64,000 nt of DNA from an uncultured archaeon. Lineage in GTDB: Archaea; Thermoproteota; Nitrososphaeria; Nitrososphaerales; Gagatemarchaeaceae. The notes under the pieces were generated by a model. That model searched no databases and was not told the origin of the DNA. It saw only the letters and a program-made list of their open reading frames with translations. Below, one piece after another: positions 40,171 to 49,893 of the stretch. Made by a program: the position numbers and the translations under genes. The DNA lies in contig CAWCYD010000002.1 in NCBI GenBank assembly GCA_963799775.1, positions 288,001 to 352,000 on the forward strand, in the 5' to 3' direction. Position 1 is the first letter of the stretch. Each line of letters opens with the position of its first letter.

Positions 40171-41475
40171 TTGGCGAAAAAGTCCTCCGGTTCTCATCCA
40201 CGTTCGGACGCTCTTTTCACCCGCGCGGAGAAGGTGATGGTCGGCGGAGTCAGCAGTCCTGTCAGGGCGTTCAAGGCGGTCGGGGGCACGCCGATCTTCA
40301 TCTCTCGCGGGAGAGGCTCGCACGTCCTCGACGTAGACGAGAACTCATACATCGACTACGTCTGCTCTTGGGGGCCCCTCGTCCTCGGGCATTCCCATCC
40401 GAAGGTCGTGAAGGCGGTGACGGACCAGCTTAAGAGAGGTACGAGCTTCGGAGCACCCACAGAGGCGGAACTGAAGCTGGCCGAGAAGATCTGCACCTCC
40501 GTAGAGAGCATCGAGAGAGTCAGGTTCGTGAACTCCGGGACCGAGGCCACGATGTCCGCGGTCAGGCTGGCCAGGGGATATACAAAGCGCGACAAGATCC
40601 TGAAGTTCGACGGTTGTTACCACGGTCACGCCGACCCGTTCCTGACGGTCGGAGGCTCAGGGCTGGCTACTTTCGACGTGCCATTCTCCGCCGGAGTCAC
40701 GAAATCGACGGCCGCAGACACGATGAGCATCCCCTACAACGACCTTCCTTCACTCGAGTCCGCTTTCAGGTCCCACGGCTCCGAGATCGCCGCCGTCATC
40801 GTCGAGCCGGTAGCAGGCAACATGTCCGTCGTCCCACCCGAGACGGGCTTCCTCGACGCGCTCAGGCGTCTGTGCACGGACGCCGGGTCGCTCCTGATAT
40901 TCGACGAGGTCATCACAGGATTCCGCCTCTCGCCGGGAGGAGCGCAGAAAGTATTCGGCGTGAGACCCGACATCACATGCCTCGGCAAGATAATCGGGGG
41001 CGGCTTCCCCGTGGGGGCATACGGCGGACGCAAGGAGATCATGCGCATGGTCTCTCCCGAAGGGCCGGTGTACCAGGCCGGCACGCTCTCTGGCAACCCC
41101 GTCGCGATGGCCGCGGGGCTCGCGACCGTCTCCCTCCTCGACGAAGCGGCCTATTCGAGGCTGGAGAGAAGCTCGGCGAGGCTCGAGCAGGGGCTGAGGG
41201 AAGCGGCAGCCAAGGCAGGCGTCGCGGTCACTACGAACAGGGTCGGCTCGATGGTAGGCCTATTCCTCGCAGACGTCCAAGCTAGAGACTTTGAGAGCGC
41301 AAAGGCGACCGACAGGCGACGTTACGCCAAGTTCCATCGCTCCATGCTATCCGGAGGAGTATATCTCCCGCCATCCGCACTCGAGACCATCTTCGTATCC
41401 ACGGCTCACTCTGCGGCAGACCTGTCTGCGACCTTGGCCGCGGCACGATTAGCCTTCAAGGAGTGCGCCGCTTGA
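40171..41475 (+). CDS. hemL: Glutamate-1-semialdehyde 2,1-aminomutase
   Basis: GGVSSPVRAF, NSGTEATM, FDEVITGFR, GKIIGGG, QAGTLSGNP. Confidence 0.97.
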   Translation: MAKKSSGSHPRSDALFTRAEKVMVGGVSSPVRAFKAVGGTPIFISRGRGSHVLDVDENSYIDYVCSWGPLVLGHSHPKVVKAVTDQLKRGTSFGAPTEAELKLAEKICTSVESIERVRFVNSGTEATMSAVRLARGYTKRDKILKFDGCYHGHADPFLTVGGSGLATFDVPFSAGVTKSTAADTMSIPYNDLPSLESAFRSHGSEIAAVIVEPVAGNMSVVPPETGFLDALRRLCTDAGSLLIFDEVITGFRLSPGGAQKVFGVRPDITCLGKIIGGGFPVGAYGGRKEIMRMVSPEGPVYQAGTLSGNPVAMAAGLATVSLLDEAAYSRLERSSARLEQGLREAAAKAGVAVTTNRVGSMVGLFLADVQARDFESAKATDRRRYAKFHRSMLSGGVYLPPSALETIFVSTAHSAADLSATLAAARLAFKECAA

Positions 41476-42503
41476 ACTCAAGCTTCATCGATGCCTGCAA
41501 CAGGAGAGAGACCTCCCACACGCCTGTCTGGTTCATGAGGCAGGCTGGAAGATATCTCCCGAGCTACAGGGCTGTCAAAGGCGCGAGGTCGGTCACAGAG
41601 ATCGCGAAGGGCCCTGCCCTAGCATCCCAGGTGGTCATCGACGCGATCGACGCCTTAGGGGTCGACGCGGGAATAATCTTCGCCGACATCATGCTCCCCC
41701 TAGAGGGCATCGGGGTACGATTCAAGATCGAAGAGAATGTCGGTCCGGTCGTGTCGAACCCGATTCGCACCCTCGACGACGTCAACTCATTGAGGAAGCT
41801 TGATGCCGAGTCGGATGTCGGCTACGTGTTCGATGGTATCGACGCCACGCTTCAGAAGCTCGACGACAGAGTCCCGCTGATCGGGTTCTCTGGGGCGCCC
41901 TTCACGCTCGCGGGCTACATGATCGAAGGCAGGCCCAGCCGGAACCTCGAACTGACCAAGCAGATGATGTATCGCGACCCCGAGACATGGCACCTGCTCA
42001 TGAGCGCTTTGACGAAGATGGTCAAGGACTACCTGGCGCACCAGGTCTCTCATGGCGTCGACGCCGTCCAGATTTTTGACAGCTGGGTGGGCTGTCTCTC
42101 TCCTTCAGACTACGAAAGATATGTCGCCAAGTACACCACAGAGGTCATGGTCGCCTTGAAAGGCCGCGTCCCCCGAATACACTTCTGCGCCAACTCCTCC
42201 TCGCTTCTAAAGTCGTTCTTGGATACCGGCGCGGACGTCTTGAGCATCGACTGGCGGATGCCGATTGGTGACGCGTGGCGCGCGTCGAAGGGACGGGTCG
42301 CGGTCCAAGGAAACTTGGATCCGGTTCTTGCTCTCGCAGGAGGGGGCGCAATGAGGCGCGAGGTACGGGAGATACTTGATGAGTCCAAAGGGCACGAGGG
42401 ACATATCTTCAGCCTTGGGCACGGTGTCCTAAAGGAGACGGAGCCCGAGAACCTTCGCGAGATCGTCGCCTCGGTCCACCGGGCCACCAAGAGGAGACGC
42501 TAG
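41463..42503 (+). CDS. hemE: Uroporphyrinogen decarboxylase
   Basis: PVWFMRQAGRYLP, GFSGAPFTLA, QIFDSW, QGNLDP, LGHG. Confidence 0.97.
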   Translation: MRRLNSSFIDACNRRETSHTPVWFMRQAGRYLPSYRAVKGARSVTEIAKGPALASQVVIDAIDALGVDAGIIFADIMLPLEGIGVRFKIEENVGPVVSNPIRTLDDVNSLRKLDAESDVGYVFDGIDATLQKLDDRVPLIGFSGAPFTLAGYMIEGRPSRNLELTKQMMYRDPETWHLLMSALTKMVKDYLAHQVSHGVDAVQIFDSWVGCLSPSDYERYVAKYTTEVMVALKGRVPRIHFCANSSSLLKSFLDTGADVLSIDWRMPIGDAWRASKGRVAVQGNLDPVLALAGGGAMRREVREILDESKGHEGHIFSLGHGVLKETEPENLREIVASVHRATKRRR

Positions 42504-42506
42504 CAC

Positions 42507-43466
42507 CTGAAGGTCTGCGTCGTTCTGATGACCTACGGGTCGCCTGCTACCTTAGATGACATCCCCGCCTATCTTCGCAACATCAGGGGAGGACGAGAAC
42601 CCGATGAGGCCCTGATAGCCGAGTTCAGACGCCGCTATACGCTGATCGGCGGTTCTCCTTTGCTCAATATCACAAGAGGACAAGCGGCCGCCCTGGATGC
42701 CCATCTCAACGCTCTCGCAGACGGGAACTCATACAGAGTCGTCCCGGGGATGCGCTTCTCCCCTCCCCTGATCACAGATGCCGTGAAAGAAGCTGCACCT
42801 GAGTCTGGGCTCGTCGTGGGCCTCATCATGTCGCCGCAGTACTCGCCCATCATAATGGGGGGATATGTGCGCACATTGGAGGAGGCGGTCGCTGGCGTCC
42901 AGCATGCCGGACTCTCAGTAAAGGTAGCCGAGGATTGGCATCTTCAGCCTCTCTTCCTGGAGGCACTCGCGCAGAAGGTGACAGAGGCGCTCGACAAGCT
43001 GCCCCTCAACGTCAGAGATGAGGCCCCGGTCCTCTTGACTGCGCACAGCATGCCGAGACGGGTCGTGGAAGGTGAGCCCGACTACATCAAACAGCTCGAG
43101 GAGACAGCCGCAGCCGTGGCCGAGCTCGCGGGCCTCCCCGAAGGTCGCTGGATGTTCTGCTACCAGAGTGCCGGCCACACTCCTGAAGAATGGTTGAGAC
43201 CCGATTTTGCCGATGTCATGCCGCGCCTCAAAGAAGGCGGTTTCACCCACGTCGTGGTCGCTCCAGTCCAATTTCTTGCTGACCACCTGGAGGTGCTCTA
43301 CGACATCGACATCGGGGCGAGAGAACAGGCAGAGAAGCAAGGCATCAGTTTTTCCAGGATCGAGTCGTTGAACACGTCTCCCATGTTCATCAGCGCGCTC
43401 GCTGCCGTCGTGAAGGACGCCATCGAGAGGCCCGGCCGACCCGTCGGTCTTTCTGTCCATCTTTAA
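42507..43466 (+). CDS. hemH: Ferrochelatase (coproporphyrin type likely)
   Basis: LMTYGSP, RYTLIGGSPL, TAHSMP, QSAG..WL.PD, FLADHLEVLYDID; CTG start inferred. Confidence 0.93.
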   Translation: MKVCVVLMTYGSPATLDDIPAYLRNIRGGREPDEALIAEFRRRYTLIGGSPLLNITRGQAAALDAHLNALADGNSYRVVPGMRFSPPLITDAVKEAAPESGLVVGLIMSPQYSPIIMGGYVRTLEEAVAGVQHAGLSVKVAEDWHLQPLFLEALAQKVTEALDKLPLNVRDEAPVLLTAHSMPRRVVEGEPDYIKQLEETAAAVAELAGLPEGRWMFCYQSAGHTPEEWLRPDFADVMPRLKEGGFTHVVVAPVQFLADHLEVLYDIDIGAREQAEKQGISFSRIESLNTSPMFISALAAVVKDAIERPGRPVGLSVHL

Positions 43467-43494
43467 TACGAGTCACCGCCCCGCATATTTCTCC

Positions 43495-44001
43495 ATGGAG
43501 ATCCTTGAAGGAGCGGCACTCTACAGGATTCTCCTCGAGCGCTACTCGAAGAACCCGAGCGGGTGGAGTTTCACGATCTCGCCTTCCGCCCGAAACGGCT
43601 TCTTCGATGCCCGCGTGGGGAGCCCCGAGGAGTCCTGGCATCTCAAGCTCGACACCATCTTCAAGCCGTCTCCGTTCGTCCTCGGTGCGAAGACAGACCA
43701 GGGCCCCGCGAACCGTCCTCCTCCGCCAATCTCATTCGGCTTCCGACGGGTCGACCCCAATGAGGCGCCTCGCCTCCTTGAGGACTCTCCCGAAGGTTTC
43801 GGCAGGTTGCTTGCGTACCTGAGCACGGTGAACACCGTAGCTCCGGCAGCTCCTGGCAGCTATCTCCAGGGACCTTACGTCTACAGCAGTCGCGCTCAGA
43901 CCGCGGGCTCGTCGATGACGAGGGAGCAGCAGAGGGTCGACACCAGGCTCTCAGACGAGATGCTGAAGCTCATCCGAAGAAGATACCCGAGCTACCTCTA
44001 G
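43495..44001 (+). CDS. Hypothetical protein
   Basis: 168-aa ORF with ATG following hemH; host-like codon usage. Confidence 0.65.
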   Translation: MEILEGAALYRILLERYSKNPSGWSFTISPSARNGFFDARVGSPEESWHLKLDTIFKPSPFVLGAKTDQGPANRPPPPISFGFRRVDPNEAPRLLEDSPEGFGRLLAYLSTVNTVAPAAPGSYLQGPYVYSSRAQTAGSSMTREQQRVDTRLSDEMLKLIRRRYPSYL

Positions 44002-44118
44002 AGCGAAAAAACTAGCGCTTGTGGGGCCGCTTGAGCCCGCTCATCATCAGGTTCTCCGGACGCCGAGCGTGCGATGAATCAGGGATGGGACCGGCGGACT
44101 AGGTGCTTTACGCTGGAC

Positions 44119-44661
44119 TCAAAGCTTGCGCCGTCTTTGGAGCTCTTGGATGACCATCGACGCACTGGCATCAGGGCTGCCCTTCTCAGTCTCCACCACG
44201 ATGTCGGCGTCGGTCGGCTCCTCGTATGGATCCTGTATCCCTGTCATGTTGGTAATCTCTCCCTTCCTCGCCTTGGCATACAGGCCCTTCGGGTCACTCA
44301 TCTCGCAGACCGCAAGGGAGGCCTTGACGTAGACCTCCACGAACCTCCCCGTCCCGATCACTTGCCTCGCGCTCTCCCGAGACGTGCGATAGGGAGAGAT
44401 GAGTGCGACTATCGCTATCACCCCGTTCCTAGCGAGCAGCTTCGACACGAAAGATACCCTCCAGGCGTGCTCCTCCCTATCCTCCCTCGAGAGCCCCAGG
44501 TCGCGCGAGAGGCCCTTCCGCACCTCGTCCCCGTCGAGGATCTCCACGCGTCGTCCCTGGGATTCAAGCTTTGCCTTCAGGACGTTCGAGAGCGTCGACT
44601 TGCCCGAACCCGGCAACCCGGTCATCCAGAGTACGAAGCCTTCGTTGGTCATGCTATTCAT
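44119..44661 (-). CDS. cysC: Adenylyl-sulfate kinase
   Basis: WMTGLPGSGKST, LDGDEVR, ALISPY, DPKGLYAKA, GIQDPYEEP. Confidence 0.96.
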   Translation of the reverse strand: MNSMTNEGFVLWMTGLPGSGKSTLSNVLKAKLESQGRRVEILDGDEVRKGLSRDLGLSREDREEHAWRVSFVSKLLARNGVIAIVALISPYRTSRESARQVIGTGRFVEVYVKASLAVCEMSDPKGLYAKARKGEITNMTGIQDPYEEPTDADIVVETEKGSPDASASMVIQELQRRRKL

Positions 44662-46072
44662 CTTGCCTGGCCGTTCAGAGCGGCCGTTATCATCTTCCCC
44701 CCGAAACCGGCGCTCTTGGGTTCAATACCAAGCATCGAGAGGATCGTCGGCGCCATCTCCTCTGCCCTGGCACCTCTCACTTCCTGGCCTTTGAGGTTCA
44801 TTTCCTGGGACACTCATCAAGAATACGCCGTCCATCGAGTGCACAGAGTCATCGGGTCCGGTGTCATTCTCGAACAGGTAGAGGCTCTCGTGCCCGACGG
44901 TCCCGGCAGACCTCCAGTCCAACTCGTCGAAATAGACCATGAGGTCCGGCTTGTCTCCGATGGCCGTTCCATACAGCTTGCCCGGCTCCATGATGGAGTT
45001 CTTCATCACCCTCCCCGTGTGATCCTTTATCTTCGAGATCTTTTCTGTGAGCTTCTTCTTCTCGCCCTCTACCTGCGAGGGGTCGATGATCCCTTGGGCC
45101 TCTCTCCCCTTGACATTGAAGAAGATCCTAGCATAATATCCGCCCCATCCCCAGGCCTTGGTCTTCGCCCAGTCTATCTCGGTCTTGTCTATCTCTGTGG
45201 GGCCAACCGGCTTTTTCTCGAAGACCAGATACCCTTGCTGCTCCAGCCACTGGTTGACGCAGAAGCCTCCCTGCATGGCTTTGGACCCGTGGTCGGATAC
45301 GACGAACGTCGTGCACTCCTCCCCGAAGAGTGGGATCAGCTTGCCTACCCGCCTGTCCACCATCGAGTAGTACTCGAGGTCGATCCCTTCGTATGGGTTT
45401 CCCTTCACGTACTTTGGATGTCTCGGGTCGAAGAACTTCCAAAATGCGTGGTGGAGCCTGTCGAAGCCGATCTCGTGCATGATGTAAAAGTCCCACGGCT
45501 TGCTCTTTGCGAGGTGCTCGGCGACGTCGAACCTCTTCTCCGTCATCTCGAAGAGCTCCTTCTTGACGTCGGCTCTGTTCTCCGTCCTGAAGGTGACGTC
45601 GAAGATGTATTCTCCGCCCGCGGCCTTGATGACCTCGTCCCTCATCTCTGCGGGATTCGTGAACTGCCTCTCGACCGAAGGCGTAAGGAAGCACGAGACC
45701 GTGGCCGCGTTCTCGACATTCTTCACGGGATACCCCGGCGGGACGCCCAGGACGACCGACTTCCTTCCTCTATCAGAGATGAACCTCCCAGACCGTCTTC
45801 GCCGCGACGTTGGCCGAGGTGACGATGTAGCCATCGCTGTATGAGTATCCCCTGCGATGCTTGAAGCCGTAGATCCCGAGCTCACCAGGGTTCTTGCCGG
45901 TCAACATCACCATCCACGCGGGCACGGTGATGGGCGGGTCGCATGTGCGCAGCCTGCCATGCAGCCCTTCCTCGTAGATCCTCTTGAAGTTCGGGAGCTT
46001 ATCGAGGAGCTTGTCGAACAGGATCTCAGGTGGGACCGAATCGAGGCCCAAGACTGCGACTTTTCTCGGCAT
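44658..46072 (-). CDS. Alkaline phosphatase superfamily protein (type I phosphodiesterase/NPP-like); indels
   Basis: VLGLDS, PPITVPAW..TGKNPG, DRLHHAFW, VVSDHG, GPDDSVH; stop overlaps the cysC ATG. Confidence 0.88.
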
Positions 46073-46232
46073 GAAAAAACGCTCCGTCTATCTTCCCAGG
46101 ATCGCTGGCGAAGAAACTCGGCGACTGTCCACGTGCAAGGCTCGAATCTCGAGCCTTCGTTTACGATATTTATCCCTTATTCATTTATTATTAGCTCGAA
46201 GTTGGAATTATTACTGAGATTCATTTCTGAGT

Positions 46233-47387
46233 TCAGTCCACGAATGGCTTGTCGAACTTTAGGATCGCTTGCGCGACCTCTGGCCTCATGAACTCCTTCG
46301 GCGGGACCTCCCCGTCAGAGAACATCTTGCGGAGCTTCGTCCCGCTGAAACTCAGCTTGTCCTCCTCCCCGTGGGGGCACGTCTTCTCGCTCGCGATGCC
46401 TGCACATCTCTTGCAGTAGTAAAACTCGCGGAAGAAGAGCGGGGTGATCCCGAGGTCGGGGAATTCTCTGAAGATCTCCTGTGCCGCGTATGGGCCGTAG
46501 TAGTTGCCCACTCCCGCATGGTCGCGCCCGATGATGATGTGAGTGCACCCGAAGTTCTTTCTCATGATCGCGTGCATTATCGCCTCCTTCGGTCCTGCAT
46601 ATTGCATTTCATAATGCAGGACGCTCATGACGACCGACGTCTTGGGATAGTAGTTGGCGATTATCGCACGATACGTGGAGAGTATGACCTGGTCCTTGAA
46701 ATCGCCCGCCTTCTTCTTCCCGAGCACCGGGTTGATGAACAACCCATCGACCAGGGCTAGCGCGCTCTTCTGCAAGTACTCGTGGTTGATGTGAGGCGCG
46801 TTGCGCGTCTGGAAAGCGACCACCGTGTTCCACCCCTTCTCTGAGAAGAGTATCCTGGTCTCTTTAGGCGTCAGCGTGTAGTCAGCGTATTCGCCATGGT
46901 CCGGCTTTACGACCGCCTTGAGCTTCCCCGAGATCGCGCACTCGTTTCCCTCGAATATCTTCGCGACGCCGGGGTGCGCCTTGTTCTCGGTCCCGAAGAC
47001 CTTGCTCGCGTACTCGTTCCTGGAGATCTCAAAGTTCCCCTCATATTCCATGAGTGCGACGGGGTACTTCTCCTCGTCGACGAGCAAGATCTCGTCACCC
47101 GAACCAAAGTGATGGTTGTGGGGCCCCAGGAGGAGTATCGGGAAGGTCCAGGGGACGTCGCTCTCCAGGCGCATGTGCTCGAGCACGTTGAGGTAGTCGT
47201 TCTCTCCCATGAACCCCTCGAGGGGGCTGAATACCCCGTTGGCGATGTTCGCGACGACGGTGGCGGTCTCCTTGCTCACCTGGAGCGTCTGTTTCTCCTT
47301 GAAGCCCGCCAGAGACGGGGAGTCCTTCGAGGACTGCTTGATCTGGACGAGCTTGCCGCCGTGCGGTGCGTTCGCCATCTCCAACAC
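46233..47387 (-). CDS. sat: Sulfate adenylyltransferase
   Basis: PHGGKL, FSPLEGFM, AFQTRNAPH..HE, YAGPKEA, GRDHAGVG. Confidence 0.97.
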   Translation of the reverse strand: MLEMANAPHGGKLVQIKQSSKDSPSLAGFKEKQTLQVSKETATVVANIANGVFSPLEGFMGENDYLNVLEHMRLESDVPWTFPILLLGPHNHHFGSGDEILLVDEEKYPVALMEYEGNFEISRNEYASKVFGTENKAHPGVAKIFEGNECAISGKLKAVVKPDHGEYADYTLTPKETRILFSEKGWNTVVAFQTRNAPHINHEYLQKSALALVDGLFINPVLGKKKAGDFKDQVILSTYRAIIANYYPKTSVVMSVLHYEMQYAGPKEAIMHAIMRKNFGCTHIIIGRDHAGVGNYYGPYAAQEIFREFPDLGITPLFFREFYYCKRCAGIASEKTCPHGEEDKLSFSGTKLRKMFSDGEVPPKEFMRPEVAQAILKFDKPFVD

Positions 47388-47607
47388 TCAGAGGTACCCG
47401 AGGGCCTGCAGCCGCTTCTTGATCTCGTCCAGGTCCGTGCTCGTGAAAGGCTCAGGGCACCTCCTTCATCTCGTGCATCGCGACCACCTCGCGCAGGACG
47501 TAGGTCACGTAGTCAGAGACCGACTTGAAACCTGTCTTCTTCGCTATTAGTTTCTCCAGCCTCTTGTGGAGCGTGAGAGGAATCGAGACCGAGGTGTACT
47601 TCGTCAT
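47388..47607 (-). CDS. CopG/ribbon-helix-helix regulator (missed by ORF track; one indel)
   Basis: Manual translation MTKYTSVSIPLTLHKRLEKLIAKKTGFKSVSDYVTYVLREVV..EPFTSTDLDEIKKRLQALGYL. Confidence 0.8.
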
Positions 47608-47628
47608 GGCTTTACGAGTTACGGGCGC

Positions 47629-47644
47629 TAATTACCTGTAGTTA
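47629..47644. promoter_or_regulatory. Putative operator box 1, TAATTA-N4-TAGTTA
   Basis: Matches boxes at 48861-48876 and 48882-48897. Confidence 0.55.
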
Positions 47645-47656
47645 TGCATTATTTCT

Positions 47657-48842
47657 CAGTATCTCCGAATGACATAGGGTCACCTCCGTCAGGTTGCCAA
47701 TGGGATTAGGAATGTGAGGAGGAGGGAGACCTTGACCTCCAATGCGATGATATGCTCTTCATCGTCGCGTCCGTCCTCTCCATTGTCGTTGCGCTCTGAA
47801 GAGTTCAGGATGCACCATGCGTTGTATAGGCATACTGCCACCGCGTAGTAGAGTAGCCTAACCGTGAAGCTCTTCGATTTCGTCCTCGGAAGGAAGATGT
47901 TGTGCTCTCTGTAGGCGGTCTCCACTCCCCAACGGGTCTTGTAACGCTTCAGCAGGCGCTTCGGCCTGCACGACATGTTCGTGGCGAAGAGGTAGCTGAT
48001 CTTCGTCTCCTCGTCGTCGACCCTGACGAGCTTGAACGGTCTGTCGCAAGGATAGGAGACAGATTGACCGTCCTTGAGGTCGATCCTCTTCGTCAGCCGG
48101 TTGGGCGTGAAATGGATTGCATACAGGTATCCGTTCTCCTGGAGCCAAGAGGGGAGCTCGAGCGATGAGAACCCTCCATCGAAGAGGAGATACCTAACCC
48201 TGATTCCCATGTTCCTTATCCGGTTGAGGGCGTCCTCGATGTAATCCAAGAGATACTCCCTGCTCTTGATGGGCGTCAGGACGATCGTGAGCCTCCTCCC
48301 ATCGGCGAGGATGCTCGCGGTGAGGTACTGGTAAGCGTAGCAAGAGCCGGCCTTTGGCCTCGTCCCGTTGACCATGTCGGTCTCATTATCGCCATAAAAC
48401 ATCTGGTCGTGCCAATCAAACGCAATCGGGACCGGTCTCTTCAGCAACCCCTTTCTCTTCAGCTCGCCTACCTGCTCCTCGAGGACGATGGAGACGACGC
48501 TCTGGAGCTCGTATCTCTCGATGCTCTTGAAGCGCATAAGCGCGGTGTCGGAGTTCGGTACCCCGGCTCCAAACTTATTGGAGACGTTGCTCATTCCTTC
48601 CGCGTAGGCATTGAGTACAGACGAGTTGACAAGGAGACGGATATAGTCCGCCTTCGTGTACAAGTAGCTGGGCTTCACCTCGAAGCACAGTAGCTGGGGC
48701 AGGCATCGCATCATGACGGTATCGAAGCCTCTGGCTAGATGATTGGAGATCATAGCTGAGGCTTCGGGGTGAAGACTCCCTACGCCCCAAAATCATAACT
48801 TGTTGAGCGACGGCTAAAATCCGCACTCATTCGGAGATACTG
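47657..48842 (-). mobile_element. ISH3-family (IS4-like) insertion sequence, 1186 bp
   Basis: Perfect 16-bp TIRs CAGTATCTCCGAATGA (47657-47672, 48827-48842); TTCT target duplication (47653-47656, 48843-48846). Confidence 0.92.
47689..48753 (-). CDS. DDE transposase
   Basis: IAFDWH, LLFDGGF, YKTRWGVETAYR (Y-R-E-R signature). Confidence 0.92.
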   Translation of the reverse strand: MISNHLARGFDTVMMRCLPQLLCFEVKPSYLYTKADYIRLLVNSSVLNAYAEGMSNVSNKFGAGVPNSDTALMRFKSIERYELQSVVSIVLEEQVGELKRKGLLKRPVPIAFDWHDQMFYGDNETDMVNGTRPKAGSCYAYQYLTASILADGRRLTIVLTPIKSREYLLDYIEDALNRIRNMGIRVRYLLFDGGFSSLELPSWLQENGYLYAIHFTPNRLTKRIDLKDGQSVSYPCDRPFKLVRVDDEETKISYLFATNMSCRPKRLLKRYKTRWGVETAYREHNIFLPRTKSKSFTVRLLYYAVAVCLYNAWCILNSSERNDNGEDGRDDEEHIIALEVKVSLLLTFLIPLAT

Positions 48843-48860
48843 TTCTCGACGTGACTTTGG

Positions 48861-48897
48861 TAATTATATATAATCAAACCTTAATTACATATAATTA
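48861..48897. promoter_or_regulatory. Putative operator boxes 2 and 3
   Basis: TAATTA-TATA-TAATCA and TAATTA-CATA-TAATTA just upstream of the TauE start. Confidence 0.6.
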
Positions 48898-48912
48898 GGA
48901 AACTCCACCGAG

Positions 48913-49838
48913 ATGGCGTTCAGCCTGTCGCTGGAGCTCATCATCTTCTTTGCCATCCTGTCGCTCTTTGCCTCGATTGTGAACGGCGGGCTGGGCTACG
49001 GATACTCGCTCTCTCGACCCCGCTGGCCATCCTCGTTGTCGCGAACAGGATACTCAATCCCGCCTACGTGCTGCTGGAAGCCGGGATCAACACGTTCATG
49101 CTGATCCTCTCGGGGAAGAAGAACATCCTGGCGACCTATAGGCGAGCCATCCCACTGATCTTGGCGCTCGTGCCGGGTGTGATCATCGGGAGCCTGATCT
49201 TGAACGCGGTCGCACCCCTCTGGATACGTTTCTTCGTCTACGCTGCCATACTTCCTCTAATCCTGCTACAGGCCGCCGGGTTCAGGAGGCCAGTCAAGGG
49301 CGAAGCCGCCGCCGCCGTCCCGCTGGGGGTGGGGGTAGGGCTGCTCTACTCCATAACGACGATATCGGGTCCACCGATCGCCCTCTTCTGGAATAACCAA
49401 GGGCTCAAACAACGAGAGTTCAAGGCCGCGGTGGCCCAGGTGAGGATCGCAGAGTCTTACCTCACGAGCATCTCGTATTATCTCCTAGGCCTTTTCACCG
49501 CCCAGAGCCTTTCCGTCTTCAAGGTAATCTCTCCGCCTGTCCTGATCGGCATACCTGTGGGCATTTTCATCGTCAGCAAGGTAGCGGTCGAGACATTCAG
49601 ACGCGTATGCATGGCCTTCGACGCGGGGATCGTGGCCTACGGCCTCTCAGCCACCCTGCCGATGCTCTTCGGAGTCAACCCTCTACTCGCTGACGCGTTG
49701 TTCGTCGTCGTGCTTCTGATGGATCTCACCCTCCTCTATCGTTACTTTAGGGTGAGACCGAAGACGGTGGCGGAGGAGGCAGTGGAACCCAGCCCGACGA
49801 TGGACGGTGAAAGCCAGATGGGCAGTCGCGGCGGATGA
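48913..49838 (+). CDS. TauE/SafE sulfite exporter family (indel near 49010)
   Basis: ASIVNGGLGYG, ITTISGPP; about 8 TM. Confidence 0.88.
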
Positions 49839-49893
49839 CGCGTAACTCGAGTCGCGACAAACGTATAATCTGCCGCAAATCACCGCTCGACCG

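Noticed and set aside
44074-45822. 582-aa plus-strand ORF and similar long antisense ORFs (e.g. 7222-8433, 52173-53186)
   Set aside because: Shadow ORFs opposite well-conserved genes in high-GC DNA, with no motifs
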